Shown here: positions 25,277 through 38,615 of the stretch, piece after piece | Layout of the letters: each line of letters opens with the position of its first letter | Numbering within the stretch: the first letter of the stretch is position 1 | Notes under the pieces: generated by a model | What the model was told of the DNA's origin: nothing | The model's database searches: none | The model's input: only the letters and a program-made list of their open reading frames with translations | Made by a program: the position numbers and the translations under genes | NCBI RefSeq assembly: GCF_037042905.1 | Contig: NC_087252.1 | Span: 14,572,001-14,636,000 of the forward strand | DNA from: Lytechinus pictus | Taxonomy: Eukaryota | Reading direction: 5' to 3' | Length of the DNA stretch: 64,000 nucleotides

Positions 25277-27287
25277 CCTAAACTAAAACTACATAATAAC
25301 TTAACCTTTAACTGCCAATAAATTTGTCAAACTTTACTTATAAAAAAAACCAACAACACTACAACATGATACAATACATTACGACCTGTGCACCTGCCAT
25401 GTTCCTCTTCTCATTTGCACTTTTTATTTGCACCTCCCTTATCTCCCTCTTTCTTTCCTTTGCCACTTTTCCCTCCCTATTATGATTTTGTAAGTACTTT
25501 TTTTGTGTGTGTTACCACTGTAATTATTATTATTTGAATTACTTTCTCTTATTTTTGTTGTCGCTTATTCGTTTTATTTTGATATTTGTGGATTACTTGT
25601 TTTAAGTTTGTCATCTGTGTCCGCCTCGATTTTTGTATAGAGTTGTATATATAGTTTGTTTATAATTAGTATTGAAACTAAGTTTAGGGGCTTGCCTTCT
25701 CTACAAGCTTTTGCTTTTCTTGGCAAGTCCCTCCGTTCATTTCTTGTTTCTTTTCATTGATAATATTACTGCAACAAATTGTAGTTTTGTTTAATTTATA
25801 TTCAATTTGTTACGAAATTTCACTGATTTGTCTGTATTATCGATTATATTGAATATGTATTGTTACTTTGATTATATTTTGAAAAAATTGTTGAACGGAA
25901 ATAGAATCTAAATCTAAATCTAATACAACCATTTTAACTCGACACTTTGTTTACTATTCTACCGCCACTGTTAACATGTGCGATGACCCCGGAATGAAAA
26001 TAGGTCAACATTTTCTTGGCTTTTCTCACGCTCAGCTTTTATTTTGACCACGTGCAATTCTCCGGCTGGAATGGGCGGGATTGGGGGGGGGGGGACGATG
26101 ATCTTTGAGTGTGGAGTTTCTTACAGTGTGTGATGGAATGGGGGGGGGTGCGAGTGTCAGTGTGAGGATATAAACTTTATAAAGGGTATGTCTATGATTC
26201 GAGGCGAGGGGGAACGTGTGAGAGAGTTAGAGGGCGGCTGGTCGTCTCCTCCCTCACTTCTGCCCTTTCCAGCCTGAGTAGGTTTTTGTTTTAATGCTTT
26301 GCATCATGGTCTTTCTTAATTATTTTTTAATAACTTTGCCAAAGTTTGTTGCTGATTGGTTTTCATTCTAGGGGTTCTTGCTCATGTATAAATATGATAT
26401 TGTTTTAATGAAATGATATACATGTACTCCGCTTTCTCCTTGTTGATTTTTTTTTCTTTTTTTTTCTTTTCTTTTCCGATCACTCCAATCCCTTGTATAT
26501 ATTTTGATTGATTTTTGATTTTTTTTTTGTAACTTTTATAGTGGAATTTGATGTAAATGATTTGTATGTTGAAGATTTATAAATAAAAACATAAATAAAA
26601 AAAAAAAAAGTTGGTAAAATGTGAACAATATCGGACAAGGATAATAGAGTTATGATATTTTAAAGATCCGCATTTTGGCCAGTTCTATATATGCATTTCT
26701 TCTTTAACATTCAATGGAGAAAAGTAATCTCTCCTGTATATTCCCACTTTTTTAATCATATGAATTCATGATTATTCAAATTTCCTCCTCCTATAGAATT
26801 AAAAATATTATATTAACAATATTTAATGCATTTTTTCATTAATTTATGGACATTATTTTAATATAAGAGACATCACATGATTAAAAATGATTTCACGTAA
26901 GAACATTTTATAATTAGCAAAACGAAAGTTGGAACACGATATCATGAACACTTCAAATGGATAGTTATGACTGCGTGCATTATATTTTCACAAAATACTG
27001 CTTACTTCAAAATTCAGTATCAGAGTTTAATGATTGCTTCTAGATTCTCTTTTGTAAATTCAACTCTTATTGATAACTATCTTATTTCCAGCGCGGAGTA
27101 TGCAACCATTTTATGTCTTCTGAGTTTCCTATGTGTATCAATATAGTCTTGCTTATTCCCTAAATAAAATGCATCAGGTAATTAATTTTATATGAAGGAT
27201 CAGTCCCTATCACATGGGCCTTGGAACAGGGGGGGGGGGTAGACCACATTAAATTCTCAGTTGACTTTGATGCACTACCTGCGTTTC

Positions 27288-29717
27288 GGGGCATCTTAGA
27301 CGCCGTTCCCTTTTTGTGAGCCATTTAAAGTTCACCCCTAAATCGAGGAAGTGATTAATGAAGATCACTCTGGTTAATTTTCATGACATGAAATGTTATT
27401 TTCGATTAGCGGCTAATTTATTACCAGCCCCCGGCCACCAAAGCGAAATTGTTAGAAAACACGTACATACATAGCGCGCGCGATATTTTCGTCAATGCAC
27501 CCCCACCTTTCGTGGCATCGTAGACCCCGTCCCCCTTTCTGTACACCAATGTTCACCCCTAGATCGATGAAGTGATTAATAAAGATCAATTTGGTTGATT
27601 TTCAAGACATAAAATGGTGATTTCGATTAGCGGCGAATTTATTACCAGACCAAAGTGGAATTGTTGGAATACACGTACATAATATAGCACGCCATAATAG
27701 CAGGCGCCGTATTTTCGTCAATGCACCCCCACCTTTTGGGGCATCGTAGACCCCGTCCCCCCTTTCTGTGCACCAATGTTCACCCCTAGATCGATGTAGT
27801 GATTAATAAAGATCAATTTGGTTGATTTTCAAGACATAAAAAGGTGATTTCGATTAGCGGCGAATTTATTACCAGACCAAAGTGGAATTGTTGGAATACA
27901 CGTACATAATATAGCACGCCATAATTTTCGTCAATGCACCCCCACTTTTCGGGGCATCGTAGACCCCGTTCCCCTTTTCTGTGCACCAATGTTCACCCCT
28001 AGATCGATGAAGTAATTTATAAAGATCAAATTTGGTTGATTTTCATGACATAAAATGGTGATTTCGATTAGCGGCGAATTTATTACCAGACCAAAGTGGA
28101 ATTATTGGAATGCACGTACATAGTATAGCACGCCATAATAGCAGACGCCGTATTTTCGTCAATGCACCCCCTCCTTTCGGGGCATCGTAGACCCCGTTCC
28201 CCTTTTCTGTGCACCAATGTTCACCCCTAGATCGATGAAGTAATTAATAAAGATCAATTTGGTTGATTTTCAAGACATAAAATGGTAATTTCGATTAGCG
28301 GCGAATTTATTACCAGACCAAAGTGGAATTGTTGGAATACACGGATATAATACATAGCACGCGCTATATTTTCGTCCATGCACCCCCTACCTTTCGGGGC
28401 AACGTAGACCCCGTCGCCTTTTTCTGTGCACCAATGTTTACCCCTAAGTCGATGAAGTGATTAATAAAGATCAATTTGATTGATTTTCAAGACATAAAAA
28501 GGTGATTTCGATTAGCGGCGAATTTATTACCAGACCAAAGTGGAATTGTTGGAATACACGTACATAATATAGCACGCCATAATTTTCGTCAATGCACCCC
28601 CACTTTTCGGGGCATCGTAGACCCCGTTCCCCTTTTCTGTGCACCAATGTTCACCCCTAGATCGATGAAGTGATTTATAAAGATCAAATTTGGTTGATTT
28701 TTATGACATAAAATGGTGATTTCGATTAGCGGCGAATTTATTACCAGACCAAAGTAGAATTATTGGAATGCACGTACATAATATAGCACGCCATAATAGC
28801 AGACGCCGTATTTTCGTCAATGCACCCCCTCCTTTCGGGGCATCGTAGACCCCGTTCCCCTTTTCTGTGCACCAATGTTCACCCCTAGATCGATGAAGTA
28901 ATTAATAAAGATCAATTTGGTTGATTTTCAAGACATAAAATGGTAATTTCGATTAGCGGCGAATTTATTACCAGACCAAAGTGGAATTGTTGGAATACAC
29001 GTACATAATATAGCACGCCATAATAGCAGACGCCTTATTTTCGTCAATGCACCCCCTCCTTTCGGGGCATCATAGACCCCGTCCCCCTTTTCTGTGCACC
29101 AATGTTTACCCTTAGATCGATAAAGTAATTAATAAAGATCAATTTGGTTGATTATCAAGACATAAAAAGGTGATTTCGATTAGCGGCGAATTTATTACCA
29201 GACCAAAGTGGAATTGTTGGAATACACGGATATAATACATAACACGCGCTATATTTTCGTCCATGCACCCCCTACCTTTCGGGGCAACGTAGACCCCGTC
29301 GCCTTTTTCTGTGCACCAATGTTAACCCCTAAATCGATGAAGTGATTAATAAAGATCAATTTGGTTGATTTTAAAAAATAAAATGGTGATTTCGATTAGC
29401 GGCGAATTTATTACCAGACCAAAGTTAAATTGTTGGAATACACGTATATAATACATAGCACGCCATAATTTTCGTCAATGCACCCCCACCTTTCGGGGCA
29501 TCGTAGACCCTGTCCCCTTTTTCTGTGCACCAATGTTTACCCGTAGATCGATGAAATGATTTATAAAGATCAATTTGGTTAATTTTCAAGACATAAAAAG
29601 GTGATTTCGATTAGCGGCGAATTTATTACCAGACCAAAGTGGAATTGTTGGAATACACGTACATAATATAGCACGCCATAATAGCAGGCGCCGTATTTTC
29701 GTCAATGCACCCCCACT
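27288..29717. repeat. Satellite with a ~213-228 bp monomer, ~11 copies
   Basis: GGGGCATCGTAGACCCCGT...GATTAGCGGCGAATTTATTACCAGACCAAAGTGGAATTG...GTCAATGCACCCCC recurs at ~27510, 27738, 27950, 28178, 28395, 28608, 28836, 29062, 29280 and 29494. Confidence 0.97.
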
Positions 29718-31351
29718 ATTGAACTATCCTCTTGTTACTTTTGGAATACTAATTAAATATTTGATTTTTCTTTGGAAAGCTCAAAACAATTAAGAATTCA
29801 ATTATCATCTTTCCCTTTTAAAAGATTGGAGTATTCTAAAAAATGATTTTGAAGCCCAGCTCACTGCATTTTGATTTTTAAAAATATTTCACAATAGAAA
29901 TTAGAATAAAGCTCTTGGTAATTATCTGAACCAAAACATTTTCAAATAGCTATATTTATGTCATAATTGTGGATTACTTGAAAGTGAAGTGCTCTGAAAT
30001 TTTTTTGGGGTAAGGCCAACATTTAGAAGCTGCAAAGTGACACAATTTTGGAAGTCATATTGCTTTGCGTTTGTCGATGAGAGAGTTTCCCAAAAGGTCT
30101 CTTGTTTTTATGTTCAAAATTAAACTTTGCAATCAGATTTTTTTTAAACTCCGATCATAACGTATATCGTTCCAATGATATGTGATACTACAGCTTGCAC
30201 TATTTCTAGAGGTCATTCATTCATTGAAATATCCCATTCAGATTATACACGTCATCAACGTACCTCACATTTTGTTTCACTTCCGATTTTATTTAGCTGA
30301 ACTTTCAACCAACCACACTCTAGGCTTATTGGCTGTGAATTAGAGAATGAGCCTTTGAAATATGCTGCCATATTGAATGAAATAATAAAAACCACCACCA
30401 AACTTATGTTTCATTTTTAATAGAAAAAGAAAACATTTAACTGAAGAAAATCGCATGTTAAGCTCATATCATGATCACTCAGAACTTCCGACGGGTATGA
30501 GAGGAGCAGTCAGTTGTTTTTACTGACTTCTGTTATAAGCTACTGAAATGTGTGTATCTGATTGGCTGAGAGCAAATTAATCATTCAAAAACACTGAAAA
30601 AGCTCTTCATGAAAAACTCCCCTCATCAATGCTTTGCAACATATAACAAGCATGAAAATTTTTGTTTCAATTTCATTTTTTTAATGGACAGATGTATTTT
30701 GAACTATATAATTTCATTCAGATGATCTGATTATAAATCATTTAATGTTATCTACGAGATTAATTGTGAATTATGTACTATGTGCACAGGGAATAATTTT
30801 ACTCCTCAAAATAATTGCTTTAGAAGCATTTTTTTGTAGTTGTAATAGAAAAGCTTTCAACTTGGTTATGTACATTCCTATGTTTGAAAAAATGACTGTT
30901 TACCTGGAATTTCTTTTGTGTATCAGTCATAAGAAATCTGAATGAAATTGTGATGCGATACCAGGAAAATCATTCCCTGATGCACTTCAAAAATAAAACA
31001 TTAATGATTGAAATTTAAATACATGTAGATGTTCTACTCTTTTAATCTACAGATGTTACATTATCAAAGTTGATTTTTTTTAATAGTACAGCTTTTAGTT
31101 TTACTAACAATGAAATGTTTGCTAAAAACCTGTTATGTTTCCTTTATGTAATTTAGTTTCACACAAAAATCCAACTAGTTTTTTTTCTTCTTGTTTAGCT
31201 TTATGTGTTCAAGTTATAGAATTAATCTTTGTTGATGACACACCCCACCCCTCTCCCCTTCCCCATCCTCTGGTTATCCCCCTCTTTTTTAGAAAAAAGG
31301 TTCCCTTCTCCCTCCTCTGCTCTTGTCTCTCTCTAACTCTTTATTTTATAT

Positions 31352-31870
31352 GCTTTTCACACTCCACGTATTTTCCGTAACCCTGGGAAATTGGTGGGGC
31401 TAAGGGGGGGGGGGGGTCTTAGCCCCGCCAATTTTCGGGGTTAAGCTTAGCCCACTTCTGTTTCACACTACATTGCAAAGTGGGCTAGCTTGGTAAATAG
31501 TACGGTACTGTCTGGCCCTGCAAAAAAGCAGGGCTAGCCGGCTTATTACGGTGCTAGCTCCACAACTGCGGTGCTAGCTCCACAACTGCGGTGCTAAGAG
31601 ATGCAGTGTGAAACGAACCGGACTAAGGAAAAGTGGGGCTGAGCATTAGCCAATCACAGATGTCGAAATTGCATGTTAATCATGCTCTGTGTGGCAGAAT
31701 CATCAATATTCATGAGCTGTGCACTAGTCTGGGGTTAAGGCGTTAACCCCGGCTAAGCAAATAGTATGGGGTGAAGAAAGACAGTGTGAATCCAAAAAAG
31801 ATAGTATGGGGTTAAGGATAGTCCGGGGTTTATGATAGTATGGGGTTAAGGAAATGCAGTGTGAAAAGCG
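31352..31870. mobile_element. MITE-like element with GC-rich internal short repeats
   Basis: TIR GCTTTTCACACT / AGTGTGAAAAGC; internal GGGGTTAAG and GCGGTGCTAGCTCCACAACT repeats. Confidence 0.65.
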
Positions 31871-33718
31871 TATCATTCTCCTTCCCCTTTTTTATAATCA
31901 TATCTTTCTCTCTTTTTCCCCCTTTTCTTCTCTGTCTTATCTAGTCCCCTTTCCTTTTCTAGGTTGAACTGACAATTGCTTATTGTACTCGTTATGATGT
32001 CATTAGAAACATTAACCATTTGTTTCTTCCCGTCTCTTTCCACCCAAATCTGATTAAACCTTGTTCTATAAATAGAAGTGATGTCATTGGAAGCATCTGG
32101 GACATGGTCTCAAACTGGGTCTACCAACACTCAAACTAGCAGTAATAATTCCCGCTTTTTCACCTCTTTTCTTTTATACTCCAATGCTTGGATTTTTGTT
32201 GTGACTAAATTTATTTGCTCTTCATGGCCTGCATTTTTTACTAATCCATGTGCATTTTCTTTCTGCATGAAATATGGGAGCTCGTAAGAATTTGTTAAAA
32301 GTGTTTAATAGATATTTGTTGTATAGCCTCTGCCGTGGTTAATACAAAAATCTTGCCGATTGATCATTTTGGGTGGTTTTATGATTACTTGCATTGATCA
32401 TTTAGAATCAATGCAAATCAATTGTAGGATTAATTGCCAAATGTGTTTCCGGGCCGAGGTAATATTGCATATATACCTCTTCAGCAAAATTTTAATCATT
32501 ATTTTTTGTAAGTAAAAGAATTTGTTGCCATCTATCTCTCAGAGCTTATCTCTCCGCCAGCTGTGTAATATGTTTTTAAAAAGGGTGATCTGTGTTTTGC
32601 TAAAGAAATTGTTACCCAAATTCTATTATTGAATTGGTACATTAAGCCTTGTTGGTATGTTGATTTTGTCATTTGTCATATGAATATATACTCTTAAAAC
32701 TTGACAAAACTTGTGCCATTCGAATATTACACTATTTGCAAATTTTTTCAGTAGATTTTGCTTTATCATTTAAATCAACTAAAACGGAGGCCTTTCAGAA
32801 GATTTAAACTCGGACATTATGTTTACAAAGAAATCAACAAAAATTCTGAATTTAATATTAGAGCATAGCAATGTCTAAAAAAAAAAATATTGGCATCAGG
32901 AGCTCTACATCTAATTGCATGATTTAATAAAAATAAATAAAGTTTGCATGTAATTTAATAATGCATTTTTGTTGCTATATACATGTATTTTTGCCTGCGT
33001 TTGAAGAGAGCATATCCACCATTTATGCATTATGTTTAAATATCATTGATTATCTAATCCTCATGTTTATCTTGATAATATTACTTTTCATAAATGGTTT
33101 ACATGGCCAAACTTAGTTTCATTTGTTCAAATTTGCTGGCCGGGCCAATCTAACACTACACCAGTTCATGTTATACTAATGATTCATAAAATTGGTGTTG
33201 CTCTAATTTAAGTCTACATACCCTCCCAAGTTTTCAAAACTAAAGTGTGGATTATATGGATCTCATATTAAATCAGATACAAAGCAATAACGCCATCTCG
33301 AGTCCTCAACTACTCTTACCTGGCCAGTTTCCTGACCCATAATGCTAGTGTAGTCTAGTAATATAGACCTACTTGAATGATAACATGCTAATTAACTACT
33401 TATACCGCAATAATTATGTTACCAAGTAGCAAAACAATTACTTTTCCTCTCACATCATTTGCCTCTCTCTACAAATACAATTATAGGTCAATTTATTCTC
33501 TTTAGTATTAGTAGATATCTGAAAATGTATATTTCAAGACTATATTTATAACACACAGTCAATGAGAGACCAAACACAGCTCACTCCCCCTTTAAGCATT
33601 TCGTCACATGCGAAAAGGAATTTAGTACCAAAAGTTGTGCCATACTTGATGGGAAATTCTTAAACCCTGTATTACGATGGTCGGGTGGCCGCAAACAAGT
33701 AGTTCTCTCTCCACTTAA

Positions 33719-34299
33719 AGGGATGGTCCGGGCTGAAAGTATTTATAGCTTAATAAATAGAGTAGAATTCACTGAGCAAAATGCCAAAAATTTCATCAAA
33801 ATCGGATAACAAATAGCAAAGTTATTGAATTCTAAAGTTTAGCAATATTTTGTGAAAACAGTTGTCATGAATATTCATTAGGTGGGCTGATGATGTCACA
33901 TCTCCACCTGTTCTTTTGTATTTTATTATATGAAATTAGGTTTATTCAAAATTTTTCCTCCAAGAACTAGAAAATTGGATTGACAACTGATTTAGTGCAT
34001 TAGATATTTATTGCTGCAACTTATTTCATTATAAGGGAGACATATTATTCACACAAGTATGAAATAATGAACAAAATATGATTTTATGTAATAACATAAG
34101 AAAACGGAAAGTGGAGATGTGACATCATCAGCCCACCTAATGAATATTCATGACGACTGTTTTCACAAAATATTGCTAATCTTTAAACTTCACTAACTTT
34201 ATTATTTGTTATCCGATTTTGATGAAATTTTCAGCATTTTGCTCAGTGAATTCTACTCTATGTATTAATATATAAATATTTTCAGCCTGGACCTTCCCT
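33719..34299. mobile_element. Kolobok-type MITE with TTAA target duplication
   Basis: TTAA|AGGGATGGTCCGGGCTGAAA ... TTTCAGCCTGGACCTTCCCT|TTAA; ~200-bp near-perfect TIRs. Confidence 0.88.
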
Positions 34300-35064
34300 T
34301 TAATGTTAGAGATGAAAACATTGATAGCGTGAAACATGTCTCTGCCAGGCTTATATCAACCCCAATTCATATTTTTTAGTTGCTGTTTTGCTTTTGTTAA
34401 AATTCCCTGCTCTTTGTTTTTATTCCCTGCCTACCAACTCATTTGTGTTGCCTCCTCCTCAAAGCAAAACTGACCTCCCCCCAATAAAAAATAGGAAATC
34501 ATCAAAAACATTACTTTTATCATTACAGAGTGTTGTATAAATCTGTCCCCATATGACGTTCAATATATTTTGGGAAATATTTTTCTTTTGAATACAAATC
34601 TAAGTGTTTGTAAATGTTTATTGTTATATATATGCATATTGGTTTTTCTCAGTGTGACATTTGCATTACTCTCGGTTGCAGCTGTCAGTGAAAGAGCTTC
34701 CCGAGTTGTCTAAAGTTTTTAATTGTTGTGTGTATTTGCTTAATGTTGTATGGATTTGACAAAAGGAAGTTCTTAGTGTTAAAAGTGGCAAAGTGTTTTT
34801 TTTTTAATATACATGTATTTTCTCCATCTTTTATTTTTGAAAAGCTTTGATATTTTCATAAGGATTTATAGTTGTTTGGTACTGTAGCATTTCAGGTGTG
34901 GGACTTTCCTCTTATTCATCTCTCTCAACAGAAATATACATGTATAGCATGTATTGACCAGGGATGGGGTCAAGACCGGCCTCGAGTCCACATTTTGCCG
35001 GCCTTGGGCCTAAGCCTCGGGTCGTATTCCATGCACAAAGTCTTTGGGAGAAGGGTTTTCTCCT

Positions 35065-35237
35065 GGGGGCTGCTTCATAAAGCTGTTCGTAAGTTATGAG
35101 CAACTTTAAGAACGACTGGTGAACCTTTCTTACGTGCCAAACCATTGCCAATTAATGAACCATTTACCACAAGAAAGGATCACCAGTCGTTCTTAAAGTC
35201 GCTCTTAACTTACGAACAGCTTTTTGAAACACCCACC
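35065..35237. mobile_element. Palindromic MITE (Harbinger-like)
   Basis: AAAGCTGTTCGTAAGTTA..ACTTTAAGAACGACTGGTGA is inverted at TCACCAGTCGTTCTTAAAGT..TAACTTACGAACAGCTTT. Confidence 0.8.
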
Positions 35238-36401
35238 GGGTGCCTTGTGACCCGCAACTTCTGGCCTGGACTCGATCCCTGGCATTGTCTTGATACTACT
35301 TCTAATACTTTTCCTCATACATTAAAATACTACTCTTAACTTTATGCTTATTGGTGTTAATATCCTATGCTGGGAAAGTCTTGCATCATAGTTTGTCTGT
35401 GCATGCATAGTCCGAAGGGGGGGGGGGGCGGAGTCAAATTGATTGATTGCTCCACCCTCAATATTTATTCGATTCAAATTCAATTCATTCATCCGGTTTA
35501 AAGTTTTGAAGAACTGTTTTTTGTGTATAACATAAAACATGCAGCTTGTCCTGTCTTGGTTATGCAAGCCGTATACTTGCGTTAACCCTGGAGCACTATC
35601 GATAAGACTCAATTTATGAAATGTCAAAGGTATCAATATACACTGACAAAAGCACTTTCCCAGCATATGGAGTTTATTATTCATGTTTGTTTTCAGGTTT
35701 GTGATAAAGTCTGTTGGGTATTCCCTGTATCTCTCTTAATCTCTCTGTCTGTTGGTCTGTTTGTCTGTCTCTCCCATTTGCCTTTGTACATGTAATTGTC
35801 TAAATTTCCATTTTAGTTCTCTAAAATTCTATTACTGTTTGATTGAAAGGGTAAATGAGCCTCAGCTGTTGGACTAAAACATTGCATAAAACGAATACAA
35901 GTCATAACTAAACTCTTCCTTCCAAGTTAAAAAAAGGCTCAACAGCCAATCAAGATAAAGGGTTTTTTAAGTTACATGGCAAAGTAGCCATTGGTTGTTA
36001 TATCTAGATGTCAGAGGCCTTGTTATTTTGTGTTTTTGTATTTTACCCTTCTCTTTTCAGTCCTTGTCCTTTATCTTTTTTCTACATTATTTAACTTCTC
36101 CCAATTTGTTCCTCATTGTCCATTTTTTTAAAATTTATTCATTATAGATTTTTATCACTTTTAATAGCATTGCCATTGTCATTTAGTTTTAGTGATAATA
36201 AGAACATCTATCAGCATTATTCTTCATTATCATTAAGACATCAGTGCTCTATATCCCCCCTTCTCTCTCTCCCTCCTCTCTTTTGTTTCTCTCTCTCTCC
36301 TTCTCTTTCTCTTATTTTTTGTTCACTTTTTAACTGTTCTGTTTTTATTTTCAGTATAAAACTAGTTGCTCATAACACTATGTTCTTTTATTCCCCTGCA
36401 G

Positions 36402-36551
36402 TGTTGAGGAAACACGGCAAGCTAATTACATTCCTTCGTTCCTTCATTCTGGAGAGACCTACGAGGAGAAGGTTAAAACAGAGTGGTATCTTGAAGGAAA
36501 GGGTGTTTGGATGCGATCTCGGGGAACATCTGCTCAACACGGGCACTGATG
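36402..36551 (+). CDS. ARHGAP32: RhoGAP ARHGAP32/33-like, first visible internal exon (phase 1-1)
   Basis: LRKHGKLITFLRSFILERPTRRRLKQSGILKERVFGCDLGEHLLN; acceptor ttcccctgcag, donor gtaagg. Confidence 0.93.
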
Positions 36552-37374
36552 GTAAGGCCGAACAAAAGATATGGGGCATAAAACTTATTATGTGACACGT
36601 TGATACATCCTTGTCATTTGATTGGTTGTTTGATATTGATCATTCAGCCCATTCAACAATGACGTCATCTATGGTGCAATTTTAGATCAATTCATTGTGC
36701 AATTTTGGATCCATAAAGCGCTTGTCCATTGCATGCTCGCCGGGACTATGGCACTACACATGAAAATATCATCTTTGCAGCGTCTATAACTGCAACATGT
36801 ATGTACATACGACAATCAAAAGATGGCGCTTCATCAGCTGCATGCTCTTTTGCATCCAAATTCATGACAAGAATCTATTTAAGTGTCATGTGGAGCAAAT
36901 TATGATTTTTTTTTTAGTGTGTGCGATGGACAGAATACTCCATTTAGTGAAAAATTGAATGATCCATTCAAGCTGGTTACGCCCAGTTGAATGGGTCGTT
37001 TTATCTTTAACCTCATGAAATATTCTCTACAATTTTATTACCTTTTTGGGGGGTTGAAAAAAGGAAAAAAGATGTGGACAAAATTGAAAATTAGGGTTTA
37101 TTATATTTAATTTAGTGTGTTTTTTTAAATATTTTTTTTTACAAATCCCACATGGATTAATGGCCATAGGATTGATATCAATTACCTGTACGAAGAGCTC
37201 CACTCTCCTTCAACCCCCCCCCCCCCAAAAAAAAAAAATCAACTGGTCCATTTGATTTCTCAATTTTCAGGGGTCTATATGATCAAAATTTCCTGTATGA
37301 ATAGATTTGAATATATTCTATTCAGCTATCTCTAAAGGTATTGATTCTTTCTCCCCTTCTTTTCCAATACTTAG

Positions 37375-37616
37375 TTCCCTCTGTTGTGCAAGATTGCTGT
37401 CATTTCATCGAGCAGTATGGTATCTGTGACGGCATCTACCGGTTGTCGGGCGTGGCTTCTAATGTCCAGTACCTTCGGGATCAGTTTGACAGCGAGACCA
37501 CGCCCAATCTTGATGAGTATAAGAAGGATATTCACTGTGTGTCGTCTGTATGTAAGCTGTACTTCAGGGAGTTACCCAATCCTCTACTAACGTATCAACT
37601 CTACCAGAAGTTTGAG
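37375..37616 (+). CDS. ARHGAP32: RhoGAP domain exon containing the arginine finger (phase 1-0)
   Basis: VPSVVQDCCHFIEQYGICDGIYRLSGVASN...DIHCVSSVCKLYFRELPNPLLTYQLYQKFE; AG/GT boundaries. Confidence 0.96.
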
Positions 37617-38615
37617 GTAATTAGAAAGTAATATCACACATCGTTGAGGGCATTTGTAGTGAATATATCATTAACCATTATACACGTTTAGATTGTGTGT
37701 CAGTGTGTGTATGCTCTACTTCAGGGAGTTACCCAATCCTCTATTAAAATACCAACTCTACCAGCAGTTTGAGGTTATTAGAATGTAATAATGCACACCA
37801 TCAAGGGTATTAGTAATTAATATACCATTACCATTATACACGTTTGGACTGCGTCATTAGTATGTAAGCTATAATTCACAGAGTTACTCAATTCTTTATT
37901 AAGCTACCAGAAAGTTGACTTAATTGAAAAGTAATAATGCCCATCTTAGAGGGCATTAGTAATAAATATACATGTACCATTACTGTAAAGCACATTTGGA
38001 CTGTGTGTCACCATTGTGTAAGCTCTACTTTAGGGAGTTACCAAATCCTCTGTAAACCTACCAACGCCACCAGAAATGTGAGGTAATGAGAAAGTAATAA
38101 TGCACACCATATAGGGCATTAGCAATAAATATACCATTACCATTCATGTTTGGACTGTGTGTCATCAGTTTGTAAGGTCTACTTAAGGGAATTACCCAAT
38201 CCCCTGATAACCTACTAACTCTTCCAGAAGTTTGGGGAAATTAAAATGTAATAATATACACCAATGAGGGAATTAGCAATAAATATAACATTATACACAG
38301 TTGGACTGTGTGTAATCATTATGTAAGCTCTACATCAGGGAGTTACTCAATTCTCTATTAACTACCAACTCTACTGTAAGTTTGATTAGGTAATTAGATA
38401 GTAATAATGCACACGATTGAGGGAATTAGCAATAAATATAACATTATACAAGGTTGGATTGTGTATCATCAAAAAGTAAGCTCTACTTCGGGGAGTTATC
38501 CAATCTGTTACCTTCCAACTCTACCTCAAGTTTAAGGTAATTAGAAAGTAATAGTACACATCTTTGAAGTCATTAGTAATACTATTACCATTACCCTAAT
38601 ACGCATTTGGACTGT
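37533..38615 (+). repeat. Tandem array (~153-bp period, 7 units + partial) spanning an exon 3' end and the intron start
   Basis: TGTAAGCTCTACTTCAGGGAGTTACCCAATCCTCT...GAGGTAATTAGAAAGTAATA variants at ~37533 (the exon itself), 37691, 37847, 37999, 38153, 38303 and 38457. Confidence 0.93.

Larger units (their letters stand above)
21051..25921 (+). mobile_element. Apparently full-length CR1-group (L2/Crack/Daphne-like) LINE with one ORF and a 1.1-kb 5' leader
   Basis: TSD AATACA at 21045-21050 and 25922-25927; (TAAATC)n tail; the 3' hairpin is shared with the copy at 15201-16361. Confidence 0.88.

Noticed and set aside
27288..29717. Hammerhead ribozyme in the satellite monomer
   Set aside because: No CTGANGA core with a correctly placed GAAA was seen on inspection; only CGATGAA.
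34872..34930. FQVWDFP as the end of an SH3 exon
   Set aside because: It lacks the upstream WW-G motif and a compatible splice donor.
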